From: Geosiphon pyriformis uo1
Taxonomy: Eukaryota > Fungi > Glomeromycota
Length of the DNA: 28,484 nt
Reading direction: 5' to 3'
NCBI GenBank assembly: GCA_016748015.1
Contig: JAAOMT010000489.1
Coordinates: 1-28,484, forward strand
Shown: positions 10,601-23,306 of the stretch, piece after piece
Position numbering within the stretch: position 1 is the first letter of the stretch
Layout of the letters: each line of letters starts with the position of its first letter
The notes under the pieces: model-generated
The model's database searches: none
Told to the model about the DNA's origin: nothing
What the model saw: only the letters and a program-made list of their open reading frames with translations
Made by a program: the position numbers and the translations under genes

Positions 10601-12339
10601 TTTACCCATTGATCTTTCCTGTTCGTATTCGTGTCAGTGTTTCTAATAATTTCTTGGCTGGTATGGTTTGCATTCTCCTTGATTGCAATTTGTCTTTGGG
10701 TGGCTCTTTGGCCAGTATTTTTTGGTTTTGTAACAGAGTTCCTATGTCTGTTGTTCTTGGCGAGTCTTTGTTTTTCAAGTTTTTACTTTCTCTCTGGCAT
10801 TTTGGCATTGCCTTCATGGATCAGCTTCATAATTGTCATGATGTTGTTTTTAGCTGGTGCACCTTTAAGTAGTAGAAGAAGCTGGACCCTCGTGGCCTGG
10901 TTCCTGAATGGTTTGGACTTTCTGTTGCATTTCTTATGGTTTCTCATTCGTCTTCTACAGTCTCAGTTGGTGCTAGTCCTCTTAACTTTTATGAGTCTGA
11001 TGATTTTGTGGCTGCCTGTGGTTATCTTTCTCAGGTTGATATCAATAGTTTGTCTGTATATACAGATGGTTTTTTGAAGAATTTGGGTACAGTTAATTGT
11101 AGAGCTGGGGCTGCTGTTTTTTTTGAGAATATTGATTTGGGTTTGGATGTCAGTGTTCAAGGTTTAGTGTTATCTACTTTAGCAGAATTACAGGCTATAG
11201 CATTGGCTTTAGAGTGTGTGTCTGCAGCTTGTTCTATTGATTTGTTTTTGGATAGTCAAGCAGCTTTAGATGCTTTTAGGTCTGAATTAAGCCTGGTGTG
11301 CTCTGACTTTCGCAATTGATGTTGAGTCGAGCATCAGCATATTCGGAATGTTATCCACAGTAAAAATTTAAGAGTTAGTTGGCACAAAATTAAGAGCCAC
11401 TCTGGTGTCTCAGGGAATAACTATGCTGATAGCATTGCTAATGCTGCATCTCTATCTGGTTGGTATCTTCCTTTTTACATGGATGGACACTTTTTGTTGG
11501 TGGATGGTGGTGTTGTTTCTGGTAATTCTAGACACTTTGTTCGAGATGTTTATCATGCAGTTTGTCATGCATGCTGGAAGGTCAGTTCTAGTTCTGGATT
11601 TCTGGCTAGTAGTTTGCATTCAGATGTTGACTGGCTCAGCTCTTTTAGAGTTTGGCACCCTGATTTGAATATGGCCACTGGTTTCACTAGCAGGCTCACA
11701 GCTGATACTTGTACTTATCTTATGAAGGCTTTGCACCATCGGATTCCTGTAACTGTTCAGAAATGCATTTATAATAAATATTACCCTAGTGTTCTGTGTC
11801 TGTATTGTGGTGAGGTAGAAGTTTCTAATCATGTGTTTTCTTATGTGGTTAACGATTCAGCTCGTCATTAGGTTCTGAAATCCTACATGTTTTATTGGAA
11901 GTTACTTTCTGGGCTCTTTCTTCCCTCTTCAGTTGTGTTGCAGTTGATGTCGACTTGTGCTTCGGATTTGCTGGTCTTTTTGGCTCTTTACAAGGGTTTT
12001 GTTTTCAATGGATGGCTTCAAGAGGCTGTTACTGTCTTCCATGATCCCAAGGTTGCTGGTGTTAAAATTACTGATTTTATGCATTCTTTATGCTCTGCTT
12101 TTAGGAATGATATTTGGTTGGTCCATACCAAGCATCGTGCTTTTATGGAAAAAAATGGTCTGATCCCAGTGGACAAATCTATTTCCATCCCAGTTTTTGG
12201 TTTGGTTTTGAGGTTGTCACCTGGTGTGATTAAATTGCTTGGTATTACTGAAGTTTTTGGCATTTTTTTTGGCTTTTGCAAGTCTTGTTCGTTTTTTTCA
12301 GGTATTGGTGACATGGTTTCTGTTAATATAGTTGTATAG
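7679..12339 (+). pseudogene. LINE-A ORF2: AP-endonuclease, RT, RNase H, C-terminal Zn motif
   Basis: APE: CNVCGLN, GDFN, TIDYVF, ADHQAV. RT: IPKP...RPIALI, KAYDSV, GLDQGEVFS.LL, AFVDDT (9963-9980). RNase H: VYTDG (11056-11070), AELQAIALAL, FLDSQAAL, WHKIKSHSGVSGNNYAD. C-terminal CLYCGEVEVSNHVF. Many premature stops. Confidence 0.95.
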
Positions 12340-12472
12340 TGTTGTTCTGACTGGTTCGAATGGCTGGTCATGTATGGTTAAGCACATGATTCATGTCTAG
12401 TTTAGATCATTTCATTGATGTATAGTTCTAGGTAGTGTTTGGATCTCACTCATTAAACATAATAAAAAAAAA

Positions 12473-13050
12473 CAAAAAAAAATTAAATTCTGTTATTATT
12501 GTTATAAATAAAGTCATCTTAAAATTAATTATAGATTATAATTAAGTAAATAATAATTAAGAAATCAATATTATAACTTTAATTAAAGAATTTAAATTCT
12601 GAATTATAAATTTAGAACTTAATTAGAATAATATTAAATATTATAATATTATTCATTAATAGTATTATAACAATTTTAATTACAATTAACTATTATTTAC
12701 CAATTATTAGTTTAAAAATTAATATTATAATATCAAATTTAACTTCTATTTTTGGCTTAATTACAAAACTTAAGACCAAAACCACTTCACAAAACTGAAA
12801 ATTAGTAATAATTACATATTAACTAATTTTTAATATTATTAATTTACAAATAAAAAATTGTATCAGAAATTTAAAAAATATACAATTAATTTTTTGAAAT
12901 TTTTAAAACTATTCAAGTTTTTTTATTATAACTAAAACAATTATATTTTATAATAATTTCAATTATCACAACATAATTTTATCTCCAACTATTACTAAAA
13001 ATAGTATACTTATTGCTATTTTTTTATTTAAATTAGAAAATAAAAAATTA
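12473..13050 (+). pseudogene. gag: Gypsy-A gag C-terminal part with zinc knuckle
   Basis: 12491-12532 reads C-Y-Y-C-Y-K-*-S-H-L-K-I-N-Y = CX2CX4HX4(C>Y), directly after the LINE-A tail. Confidence 0.75.
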
Positions 13051-13089
13051 TTGTTTAGTAAAACTGTTTTAACAATTTAATTTATTATT

Positions 13090-13420
13090 AATATATATAT
13101 AAATACTAAAATTGATAATCAATCTATTAAGCTAATTTTTAATAATAATTTAACAAATAATAAAATTATATTATAACTTATAAACTAATTAGGTTATTAA
13201 GTTAATCAAATTGTTAATATATATATTATTATAGTTAATAAAACTACAAAAACTGCAATTAGTAAGATTAATAAATTTTTATTTAAAGTCAATAATATTA
13301 TAATATTAATCAAAGTTTTTATTATAAAAGCTAAATAATATTAAGTTTTTATTGATAATAATTAACTTTCTAAAACCAACACTATATTTAACTAAAATAT
13401 CTAAAAGTTTTAATTAAATT
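13090..13420 (+). pseudogene. Gypsy-A aspartic protease remnant
   Basis: KIDNQSIKLIFNNNLTNNKII (AAT AAT AAT at 13141-13149, from GAT AGT GGT = DSG) ... IKVFIIKAK*Y*VFIDNN*LSKTNTIFN* (from 'LxGxDWL'). Confidence 0.75.
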
Positions 13421-14540
13421 ATTGAAAATACTATATATAAACATCAATAATATTTAAATATTTTAAAACTATTAACAAAGCATTATTTGTTAATTTAAAA
13501 AAAAAAATCTATTCTAAAAACATACTAAATTTTTTGGATTAATAATTTTAGAACCAATTTATCAAGCATACTGATTTGGAAAAAAAAAGTAAAAAAACCT
13601 CAAGTAACTATTTTTATTTATATATTATTATACCAAAAAAACAACATCACAGTAATTGTTTAATAACTATATAGTACACTAAAAAATTTATACTATTAAT
13701 AACTAAAACTTATTTGTATTAACTATGGAAAAAAACTTTTATTTATAAACACTTGTTATAATAATAATAAAAAATATCTTATAACAACCAAATATTATTG
13801 TTATTTATATATCTTAGAATAATTTAACTACTCAAAAAAACAATAAAAATAAAATAATAAGTTATGTTTAACTTATAAAAAACTTTTTTTAACAAAAAAA
13901 TATAGAACAATATTTCAAAAAAAAAAAATATACAATAAATTATGTTAATACATAATTTCTATCTCTAACTGAATAAAAAAAAGCATTATTACAATTTATT
14001 TATAATTGTGTTTTTTTGCTTGAATAGTTATTTATATAACAAAACAAATTTTAAAAAATAATAATTGCCAAATGTAATAATACCACAAAAAAATATATAT
14101 ATATATTTAAAAACACACTTAAGAAAAAATTATTCTAAAACTTATTTTTTGTTATATTTAACAACTTAATAGAATTTAATAAGTACTATTAATTACTAAT
14201 ATTAACTTAAAAAAATAAAAACAAAGACTTATTAATCTTAATACTCAATTATATGAATACTATTTTATTTTATATTAATTTAAATATTGTAAAAATTGTA
14301 ATTTTGTTTATAATTTACTATTACATATTATTTATTTGATTTTTAAGATTGATAAACTAATTAGTAATATTAATAAATTGGAATTAGAACTTAATTCAAA
14401 TTTAAACATTATTTTTAAATTTAACAAGAATTTAAATACTATTCTTAAAACTAAGCAATATATTGTATTTTTTTATTTTGTTAAAAAAACAATAAATAAA
14501 ATAGTTTGGCAAGAATAATAAAAGTATTATGTTTAAAAAA

Positions 14541-14909
14541 ACACATAAAACAGATATGAAATTTAACTTTAAATATTTAAAATAAGTTCTTATAATATTA
14601 AAACTCTATTTGCTTATTAATATAAATATAAAATTAATATTAGAAGTTTTAATAATATTATGGTTTAATTAGCATTTAAATTTAACTAATCTAAAAAAAT
14701 TACTATAAAAAAAAATATTTAATACAAGATATATAGAAAATATTATTATTATATTACAAAATAATTTAAAAAAACCTATAAAATAGAACCAAAAAAAAGA
14801 TAAAATAGACTATATTTCTGTTTTTAGTTAAAAAGTTAAATTACTATTAATAAAAACAAGAAAAAAATTAAAAATAACTGCTAAATAAATTAAAAAATTT
14901 GAATCAACT
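14541..14909 (+). pseudogene. dut: Gypsy-A dUTPase remnant (trimeric dUTPase)
   Basis: Motifs in correct order: I THKTDMKFNFKY (<AHxTDAGFDL), II MV*LAFKFN (<QLASRSS, all transitions), III IFNTRYIENI (<IDAGYxGNI), IV KIK*TIF (<KIAQxIF), V TAK*IKKFEST (<R..xGFGST). Confidence 0.8.
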
Positions 14910-15379
14910 AAAAAAGTTAATATATTTATTAACATAATAGAAAAAACTATTAACCAAAAAAATTATTTCTATCAATTATATTGTTTTTATTATCTTATAT
15001 TATAAATACTTGTTAAAATATCCTAAAAAATCAAGAATTAATTCCAAATTTTCAAAGTAAAACTAAAAATATGTTAAAAATAAAACTATTATTATTATCT
15101 ATTTATATATTATGTAAAAATTTTAATTAATAATATTATTAATTACTTAAATTTAGAAAATAAAAACTAAATACTAACTAATATTTTAGATTTTAATTAA
15201 TTATATAAATATATAAATTTTACATCACAAATTTGGGTTCAGAAAAGTAAATATTATTTGCTTTAATTAGAACAATTAAAACAAATAAACTTGAATAACT
15301 TGAATTAATTACAAAAAATACAGTTTTAAGTATTACTTAAATAATATGTTAATTTTTTTGCAAGTAAAAATAAACCAAT

Positions 15380-16601
15380 ATAATACAACATAAAATTAAA
15401 ATTGAAAATACAATTTTAATTAAGCAAAATACATATAAAGTATTGCTAAAAAGTTATAATATTATTAAAAAAAAGATTAATTAAATATTAAACAGTAAAT
15501 TAATTCAGTTGTTTATAAATCTATAATTATTACCAATAATATTAATATAAAAAAAATGAAAAATCCAGTTTGTGTAAATTATTAAAAATTCAATAGTATT
15601 ACTTATAATAATAATTATTTAACATTATAAATTTAAGAATTATTTGATTTATTTAGTAAAAAAAAATAATTTTATATATTAAATTTAAACAATAACTTAA
15701 TAAATAGTTATAAATTCAAATAACAAAATAATATTTACTATTAAAAAAAATCTTTAAGTTAAAAGTAATATTATTTAGCTTAGTTAATATATTTGTCATA
15801 TTTTAATAATTAATAAAAATTGTTTATTTTGGTATATTACAAAAATCAATAATTGTTTATCTAAATAATATTAATGTGTTTTCAAAAATATTTAATAAAT
15901 ATCTATATTATTTATAATAAGTGTTTGAAAAATTAAGTTATGCTAAATTGAAATTAAATGCTAATAAATATTTTTTTGAAAACAAAACTTAAATTTTTGA
16001 AACATGTAATAAAAAAAGAAAACATTAAAACAGATTCAAAAAAAATTTAAAAAGTTAGAAACTTTTTAAGATTTAGAAATTTAACAAAACTTAAAAACTT
16101 TCTGAGATTAGTTAATATTATTAACAGTTTATACAATATTTTTTGGTAATTATCTAGCCATTTTATTAACTTTAAATTAAAAATACTTGATAATAAAAAA
16201 ATAAATATACAACAACAGGCTTTTAAGACACTAAAATAAAAATTTATACAAATTTCAGTTTTAATATATTTAGATTATAGTAAAAAATTTTATAATTACA
16301 ATTAACATTTTGAAAACAATACTAAAAACAATATTATTATAACAAAAACCAAATAAAAAAAGCATTAAGTAGCATATACTAAAGCTTAAATCTAGCAAAA
16401 AAAATATAAAATTTCAATATTAAAATGTTATTAAATAGAAAAAATATTTACATTAAGAGTTTAATATTTATACTAACTATAAAAAATTAATGTTATTAAC
16501 AAAAAAAAATTAGTCAATAATAGAACTATTAAATAAAAAACAGTTTCTTTATTTTTTTAATACAAAATATACAATAAAAAAAATATAAATAAAAATACTA
16601 A
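15380..16601 (+). pseudogene. pol: Gypsy-A reverse transcriptase and RNase H remnant
   Basis: CVNY*KFNSIT (<CVDYRKLN), IVYLNNINVFSKIFNKYLYYL (YLNN 15858-15869 <YLDD), KFLKHVI, KNFLRLVN (<SFLGLAS), QQAFKTLK*KFIQISVLIYLDYSK (<APVLxYPDxSK). Terminal NADxLSR motif is split by LINE-B. Confidence 0.9.
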
Positions 16602-16743
16602 AAAAATAAAAAACTAAAAACTTTTTTCTTTTTTTTATTCAAAATTTCCAAAAAAAGTCAAAAAAGTTTTTACTATTCAGTACAATAAATCCAAACTGTT
16701 TTTGCTCAATTATAAGACTACTGTTGGCCTTAGTATTGCTGTT

Positions 16744-18532
16744 ATAAAAAAGGCTGTTAAAAATTTCAGTTCAGCTAATAGTTTTAAATTTGTGCTGTTA
16801 AGAAAGAAAAAAAGAAATGATACTTTAGAAGATGATGTTAAGCCTAAAAAAGTTTCTGCTAAAGTGTTGGATAATTGTTCTTGGAATTTAAAAACTGGTG
16901 ATATTACTAAATCTAATAGTGTTAAGATAAAAGAGAAGTGTTTGATTGAGAAAACCAGTTTTGATTATAGTAGTGGGGCCATTTTTAATAACAAAAATGC
17001 TGACCAAACACCAAAAAACTTATGTGTTAAAACCAAAAAAACATTGGAAAAACCATTAAGCAAAATAAATTTTCTGAATAATGATAATAATAATAATATT
17101 CTGTTGGATGTCTTGCTAACTCTTCCTCTTCTCTTAAAAAATCTGGTTGTTGTTTTTATTAGAAAGTTATTTGCTTTGAATATTGATTTGAATAAAATGT
17201 TTGAGAAGTTTTCTCAAAAAAAACTTGCAGTGATTAGGAAGTTATTTTCAAAAGTCAATAATTTTGAAAGAGTTTCTACTCTCTCAAAATTTGCTGGAAT
17301 TATTAGAGCAATATTTACTTTCAAATCAAGCTTGGCTCAGACTTCTGATATGGCAAAGATGTTAAAATTTTGGTAAACACCAATCTTAAAAAATCTGCTA
17401 AGTATTCAGATTGGGCTGTAGTTGTGAAAGAAATGCCAATTGAAATGTCAGTTGAAACTGTACACATTGTACTGTTTAAGTTTAAAGAAATTAAGTTAAT
17501 TAATATGCAATTGGTAAGACTATAGCAAAAAGCTATAGTAAAATTTGAGCATTCAAATCATGCCAATTTGATTATAGTTAAATAGTTTGTTTTAATTGGA
17601 AAAGATGCTATATAAATTGTCAAGATTAAATTAGACAAAAAAATATAGGATACAAAAATTATTATAGAGTGCTGCTCTACATTCTACAAATAAGAACTAA
17701 TACTTATAACATATAGAACTTTATTGGTTTTTTTAGTGGAAAAACATATGTCATTGATTGTTATCCAGTTTTATATGTCCAAATTAGATGTACTACTGTT
17801 TGCTTTAATTCTGCTAAGTTATTAAATACTCTTGTAAGAACCACACTAGTGCTTAAGAGTGTTAATCTGTGCTGGTTACATTTAGGTTCTGCCAAGTATG
17901 CCAAGTATAAAAAATTTGGTCATATATCATTAGGCTGTTCTATAAGTAAGAAAACTTCTCTTGGTGATCTATCTTATAAAATATTATCAGAAAAAAATAA
18001 AAGCAAACTGGCATCTATCTATGCTAAATGTTCAGCACTGATTATCTGTTCAGTTTTTTTTGGTAGTGCCTCTTAGGCCAAGATTGTTGGTGAATCTTTT
18101 TTAACTTTTTTTTTTACATGAAATTATTTTGTTGGTTTTGGTTTCTCTTCAGAAATAAAGTCTATTTTACTGGTGTCTGTAAAATTGAATAATAAGTTTA
18201 CTACTTTTAAGCACAGTTTCAACAGCCTCACAGAGCAAGTTGTTAAGCTGGCTAAGAAGTTGAATGCATTTAGACCAATGGTTTCTTAGCTTAGCTCTGG
18301 ATGTTAGCTGTTAGTAACCCCTTTATTACAGAATCAAAAGGAAAATATAGTAATAAGTGAGAGTTCAAGTGTGGTCACTAGTGTTAGAACTGTTATAAAA
18401 ATAGTAAATTTTAATTTTTCAGTTGTTTTGAAATTAGAAAAAACTTTAAGCAATTTGTCAGACACAGTTATGAACCTGTTAACCAGAATAGACAATACTA
18501 ATTTGGACTTTAGCACTTATTCTTCCCAATGA
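16744..18532 (+). pseudogene. LINE-B ORF1
   Basis: ORF 16702-17376 aligns to LINE-A ORF1 (TGDITKSNS..EKCLIEKTS; KTKKTLEKPLSKINF); start ATG eroded to ATA at 16744; ends ...TCC CAA TGA. Confidence 0.8.
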
Positions 18533-21500
18533 CCAATCTCATTTGAAAAGTGGCTATATGTAATATTAGGAGTATAAACAATTTTGCCAAGCAAACTAAT
18601 GTTATTTATTGGCATAAAAATATAAACAATTTAATTTCAATTATTACTAAGACAAAATTAAAAAATAGAGTTCATTCATAGATCATGAACAAGTTTAATG
18701 GTGTTTAAATATTCACTTTTAGTATAGAGTCTGGTTATTTAGTTTTTGGTATTATAATTATTATGAATATTTGTTTGGCAAAACATATATACAAAGTTTT
18801 AGAAGTTGTGGGTAGACTCTTGTTTATTAAGCTGCTTTTCAAGAATAAGTTATCTGTTTTAATTTTGGGGCTATACACTGGTGCCACTTTAGCTGTACAT
18901 TTGTTTTAAGCTAATAAAGTCAATTTTTTGATTACAAAAACTGTGAATGAGTATTTTTTTGTTATCTTGGATGAGAATTTCAATGAAGATAATTTATGTA
19001 GGTGTGCTAATTTCAAAAAAAGCTTTGATTTGGGGTTGATTAATTTTTTGTCAAAAAGTTTAGTTGTAAAAAGTTTTATATAAAAAAATTCAAGAAGTAC
19101 TGAAAGAATGATTTACTACATATTTGTTTCTTTAAATTTGGTCAATATAATAGTAAATCACAATATTTTGGATGTTAGTAAATACTTTAATACTGATTAC
19201 CAAGCTGTTTCTATATCAGTAAGTTTGGGTGGTTTATTGGATGTGCAGTTAAACTCTCTTTACAAGCAAATAAATAGGGATTATTGAAAGTTTAATTTCA
19301 AAAATGCCGATAATGTCAAATAAGTTAAGTTCAAAAAAGCTATAGCAGCTAATACTGCTATGTTTTTTGATAAGTTTATAATGTCTAAGAAGTTTTTAGA
19401 TTTGGATGTAATATAGAATGCTGTTTATAAAATATTGTCTCTGTTAATTAATGAAGTTTTTAAAAAGATGTTGATAATATCTTTACTAAAAAATTGTCCA
19501 GATTTTACAAGCTGAAACTTTTGGTGTCTAAAATTGTTAAGATCTTCTATCTGGTTTTTTGTAATAAGTTTGTATTATTAATTAATACATGGAATGGTAT
19601 TAATACTGTTAATGCTTCTGTAATAAGATATCTTTTTTTTTGGATCTTATTTTGATGTCATTAGATTAGTTTTAATTAGAATTAAGAAGTTTTATCACTT
19701 GTCTAAGATGTTAAAATTAAAGTATGCTAAATAGTCTCAAATTAGATCAGCAATTAATAAAAGAATAGAAGATTTTGAAGTAAATAAAAGTCATACTATC
19801 AGAAGTATATTAGAATATCTTATTTACAAAGTAGTATTAGACCATTTGGTTATTAATGATGAACTAATTCTGAAGCCTAATTTGGTTAAGTACAAAGTAA
19901 ATATTATTATAAAAAACTGGACTACAAAGCATGAGATGGTACAGATCTTTTTAGTAAGTGGTCTTATTAGTATCAATTATTAAAGTATGTTTTTAATGAT
20001 GCTTTTTTGAATGTAATGTGTCTAATTAGTTTTGATAAATTGCTTAGTATGGTTTTTAATCTGCCTAATGGCAAAGCTGTTGGTCTTTTTGGCATTTTAA
20101 ATAAGTTGTAACAGATTAGTTTTGGATATGCTCTTAGTGCTTTAAAATTTTTGTTTGTCTTGTAAATTGGTGGTTAATAATTGAAGAGAAGCTTAAATCT
20201 TAATAATTCTTAAGCCATATAAGTAAGGAAGCATTCTTACAAATACCAAATCTATTGCTTTGATTAAAACTACTTATAAAATACTCTTCAAGATTCTCTG
20301 TAACAGAATCTTTTTGGCATGCAGCACTTTTAATGTTTTCTATGAAGACAATTTTTCAGTTTTAAAGAATATAACAATTCAATCTCCTATTTTTGTCATT
20401 GGTTTAGTAATTGAAGATGCCTTAGATAAGAACTGCAAACTTTGGCTGGTTTTATAAAACATGCAGAAGGCTTATGATTTTGTTGAATAAGGACATTTTA
20501 GGAAAAGCTTGGCCAGGATAAAAATGTGTGACAAATTTATTAAATTTTTTGGCAGTATTTACAATAATTATGTCAATAAAGTTATAACTGATTTTAAATT
20601 AATGAATAGATATCGAGTACATAATGGTTTGAATTAGAAAAAAGTGTTTTTACTTCTTCTTTGGTACATATTTTACAATACTTTTCTGTATGAAATCAAA
20701 ACACAAAAAAGTATATATGAATATAGATTGAATTTTTATTTTGTTGCCAAGACTAACTATTCAAATTTTCAAGCTGAATTGACATTTTTTTTCACTGCTA
20801 GTGCTTTTGTCATTGATATGATTTGGGTTGATAGCAGCCAAACTGCTACTTAATATATTTTCAATATTGCTAATGAATTTTTTTAGATTAATAACATCTT
20901 AGTTAATAATGACAAAATGGTAGTCATTTCTATTAATTACAGAGTTGGATGTTCTTTTTTGTCAATTAGCAGTTTGCTTAATTCCATTACCAAAAAGAGT
21001 GAATTTTATCACTACTTGGATATTTTTTTATCTACTGAGAGTTGGTTAAAGCCTAGCTTGGCTAAAACAAGTTTGGATATTTGGTTTTTTGCCAATCTTG
21101 TTTTAAGAAAGACCATTTCAGATAAACAGCTTTCATATTTGGTGTTAGCAGTTTTTTATCCTATTGTTAGCTACAGAATACAATTTAACTTTGTTTCTAT
21201 TGATGTGTATAATAAATGGAATGCTTTAATTCATAAAAGCTTAAAGTTAAAGTCTAATTTGTTTCTTGATTTCTCTAATAATGCACTTTATCATTCATCT
21301 TTGTATGGTTTAAAAACTTTTGAGCAAGTCCAAGCTAAAAACAAAGTGGCTTTTGATGTGTATTTTGCAAACTCTATTGGAATTCTGGGTTGTTTGTTTT
21401 TATACAAGTTTTATAACTTGCAAGTTTTGTCTTAGTATTTGCTTTATCCTTTGGTTTTTTCAACTCATATTAGAGTCAGTCTTTTTAATAATTTTTTGGC

Positions 21501-23186
21501 AGGTGTAATTTATATTTTTCTTGAGTGCAATTTGTTTTTAGGTGGTCTAATAAACAATTTTTTCTATTTTTGTAACAGAACTCTCATGTCAACTGTTTTT
21601 GGCAAGTCAAAATTTTTTAAGTTTCTTTTTATGCTTTAGCAATATAATATTGCTTTCATGAACCAGTTTCTTAGTAAAAATAGTGCTATTTTTAATTGAA
21701 AAACTTTCAAGTATTAAAAAAAATTGGACTCACATGGCCTTATTCCTAACTGGTTTAGGCTTTCTGTTAACTTCCTTAGTGGTGTGATTTTTTTTTCTAC
21801 ATGCTTTCCTTTTTTGAGTGTTTTTGGTTTTTCAAATATTTTTGAGTTTTGTGAGTTTGAGTTTGCTTGTAATTATTTATTAGATATTAGTGCTAGTAGT
21901 TTTTCAGTCTATATAAATGGATTTTTAAAAGACTTGGAGAAAGTTAGCATGAGGACTAGTGTGGCAGTTTTTTTTGAGAACATAAATTTTAGTTTGGGTG
22001 TTAGGTTTTTTGGTTTGATGTTTTCTACTTTGGTAGAGCTACAAGCTATTGTATTAGCTTGTAAATATGTCCCCTCTTTTAGTTCAGTTCCCTTTTTTAC
22101 AGACAATCAAATTGCTTTGGATGCATGCAAATTAGAATTGCATTTAGCATATCCAGATTTTTGGAATCAGTAATAAATTGAATATCAACACATTATAAAT
22201 GTTATTCATAGAAAAAATTTAAATGTTAGCTGGCACAAAGTAAAGAGTCACTAGAATATTTTGGGTAATATATATACTAATACACTTGCTAATAATGTTT
22301 TTTTTTTTGGTATCTTTTCTTTCAGTTAGAAAAATATTATATTATGACTAAGAATGGTATTGTTTTTTGTAATTTTAAACATTTTGTTTGTGAAATCTTT
22401 TGGTTTGTTTATTACACACATTGAGAAGTTGGTTTTAGCTCTAAGGTTTTGGCTAGTAACTTGCTTTTGGACATTGATTGGCTTAATTTATCTATAGTAT
22501 GGCATTTTTATTTACATATGGCTGCTGGTTTTACTGGTAGGCCTACTGTTAATACTTCCATATATTTTATAAAAGCTTTGCATCATTAGCTGTCTATTGC
22601 TGTTTAAATATGCTTGTATCACAAGCATTATTTTAGTATATTATGTTTGTATTATGGTGGTATTAAGGTCTTGGATCATGTTTTTTCTTGCTTAGTTAAC
22701 AATTCTGTTTGCTGTTAATTATTAGACATATATGTAGCTGCTTAGGAAATGTTTTCTGGTTATTTTTGTTCTTTTTTATGTGTGTATTAGTTGTTGTCTT
22801 TCTGTGTTTTGAATATTGCAATATGTACAGCTTTTTGCAAGGACTTTGTTTTTAGTAATTGGCTTTGAGAGACTGTTTCTGTCTTCAGAAGTTTTAAAGT
22901 TGTATATTAAATAATTGTGAACTTTGTATGAGATTTCTGTCTTGCTTTTAAAAATAAGATTTGATCTGTTTATATTAAATATTGTGTTTTTATGAAAAAA
23001 AATAAGTTAATATTACATGATAGTTTGGTTCTAGTTTTGGTTTTTGGGCTGTCTTCAGTGTTTTTTGCTGGTATAATCAAATTACTTGATATTATTGAAG
23101 TATTTGGTATTAGTTTTGGTCTGCATAAGTCTTGTTTATATTTTTTATGTATTAAAGACTCGATCTTGATTTATATAGGTGCTTAA
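18529..23186 (+). pseudogene. LINE-B ORF2 (APE-RT-RNase H-Zn)
   Basis: Fragments 20260-20457, 20644-20853 (SAFVIDMIWV <AFVDDTIWV), 20917-21435, 21724-22173 (VYING, VELQAIVLA, FTDNQIAL) and 22992-23186 align to LINE-A ORF2. Confidence 0.9.
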
Positions 23187-23306
23187 TGTTATTTTGATCA
23201 GCTTAAGTAACTGGTTATATATAAAAAAGATATGATTCATATCTAGTTTAAATTATTTGTATAATATATTATATTAGGCAGTATTTAGATCTTACTTATT
23301 AAATGT

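Larger units (their letters stand above)
5752..12472 (+). mobile_element. LINE-A: full-length non-LTR retrotransposon (ORF1 + APE-RT-RNase H-Zn ORF2), inactivated
   Basis: 5' UTR and 3' UTR are homologous to LINE-B. A-rich 3' end; candidate A-rich TSD (taaaaaaaaac 5741-5751 vs 12463-12482 region). Inserted immediately before the gag zinc knuckle. Ends are accurate to about 10 bp. Confidence 0.93.

Noticed and set aside
6011-12371. Overlapping alternate-frame and antisense ORFs in LINE-A, some looking like membrane proteins (9766-10197, 10631-11077, 12018-12371)
   Set aside because: Shadows of the T/G-rich LINE coding strand; the conserved motifs are in other frames.
12480-16600. Mitochondrial/organellar DNA or an alternative genetic code explaining the AT richness and stops
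   Set aside because: TAA, TAG and TGA all appear at different ancestral residues (Q, W, R) and catalytic residues are lost, which indicates mutational decay; no organellar genes seen.
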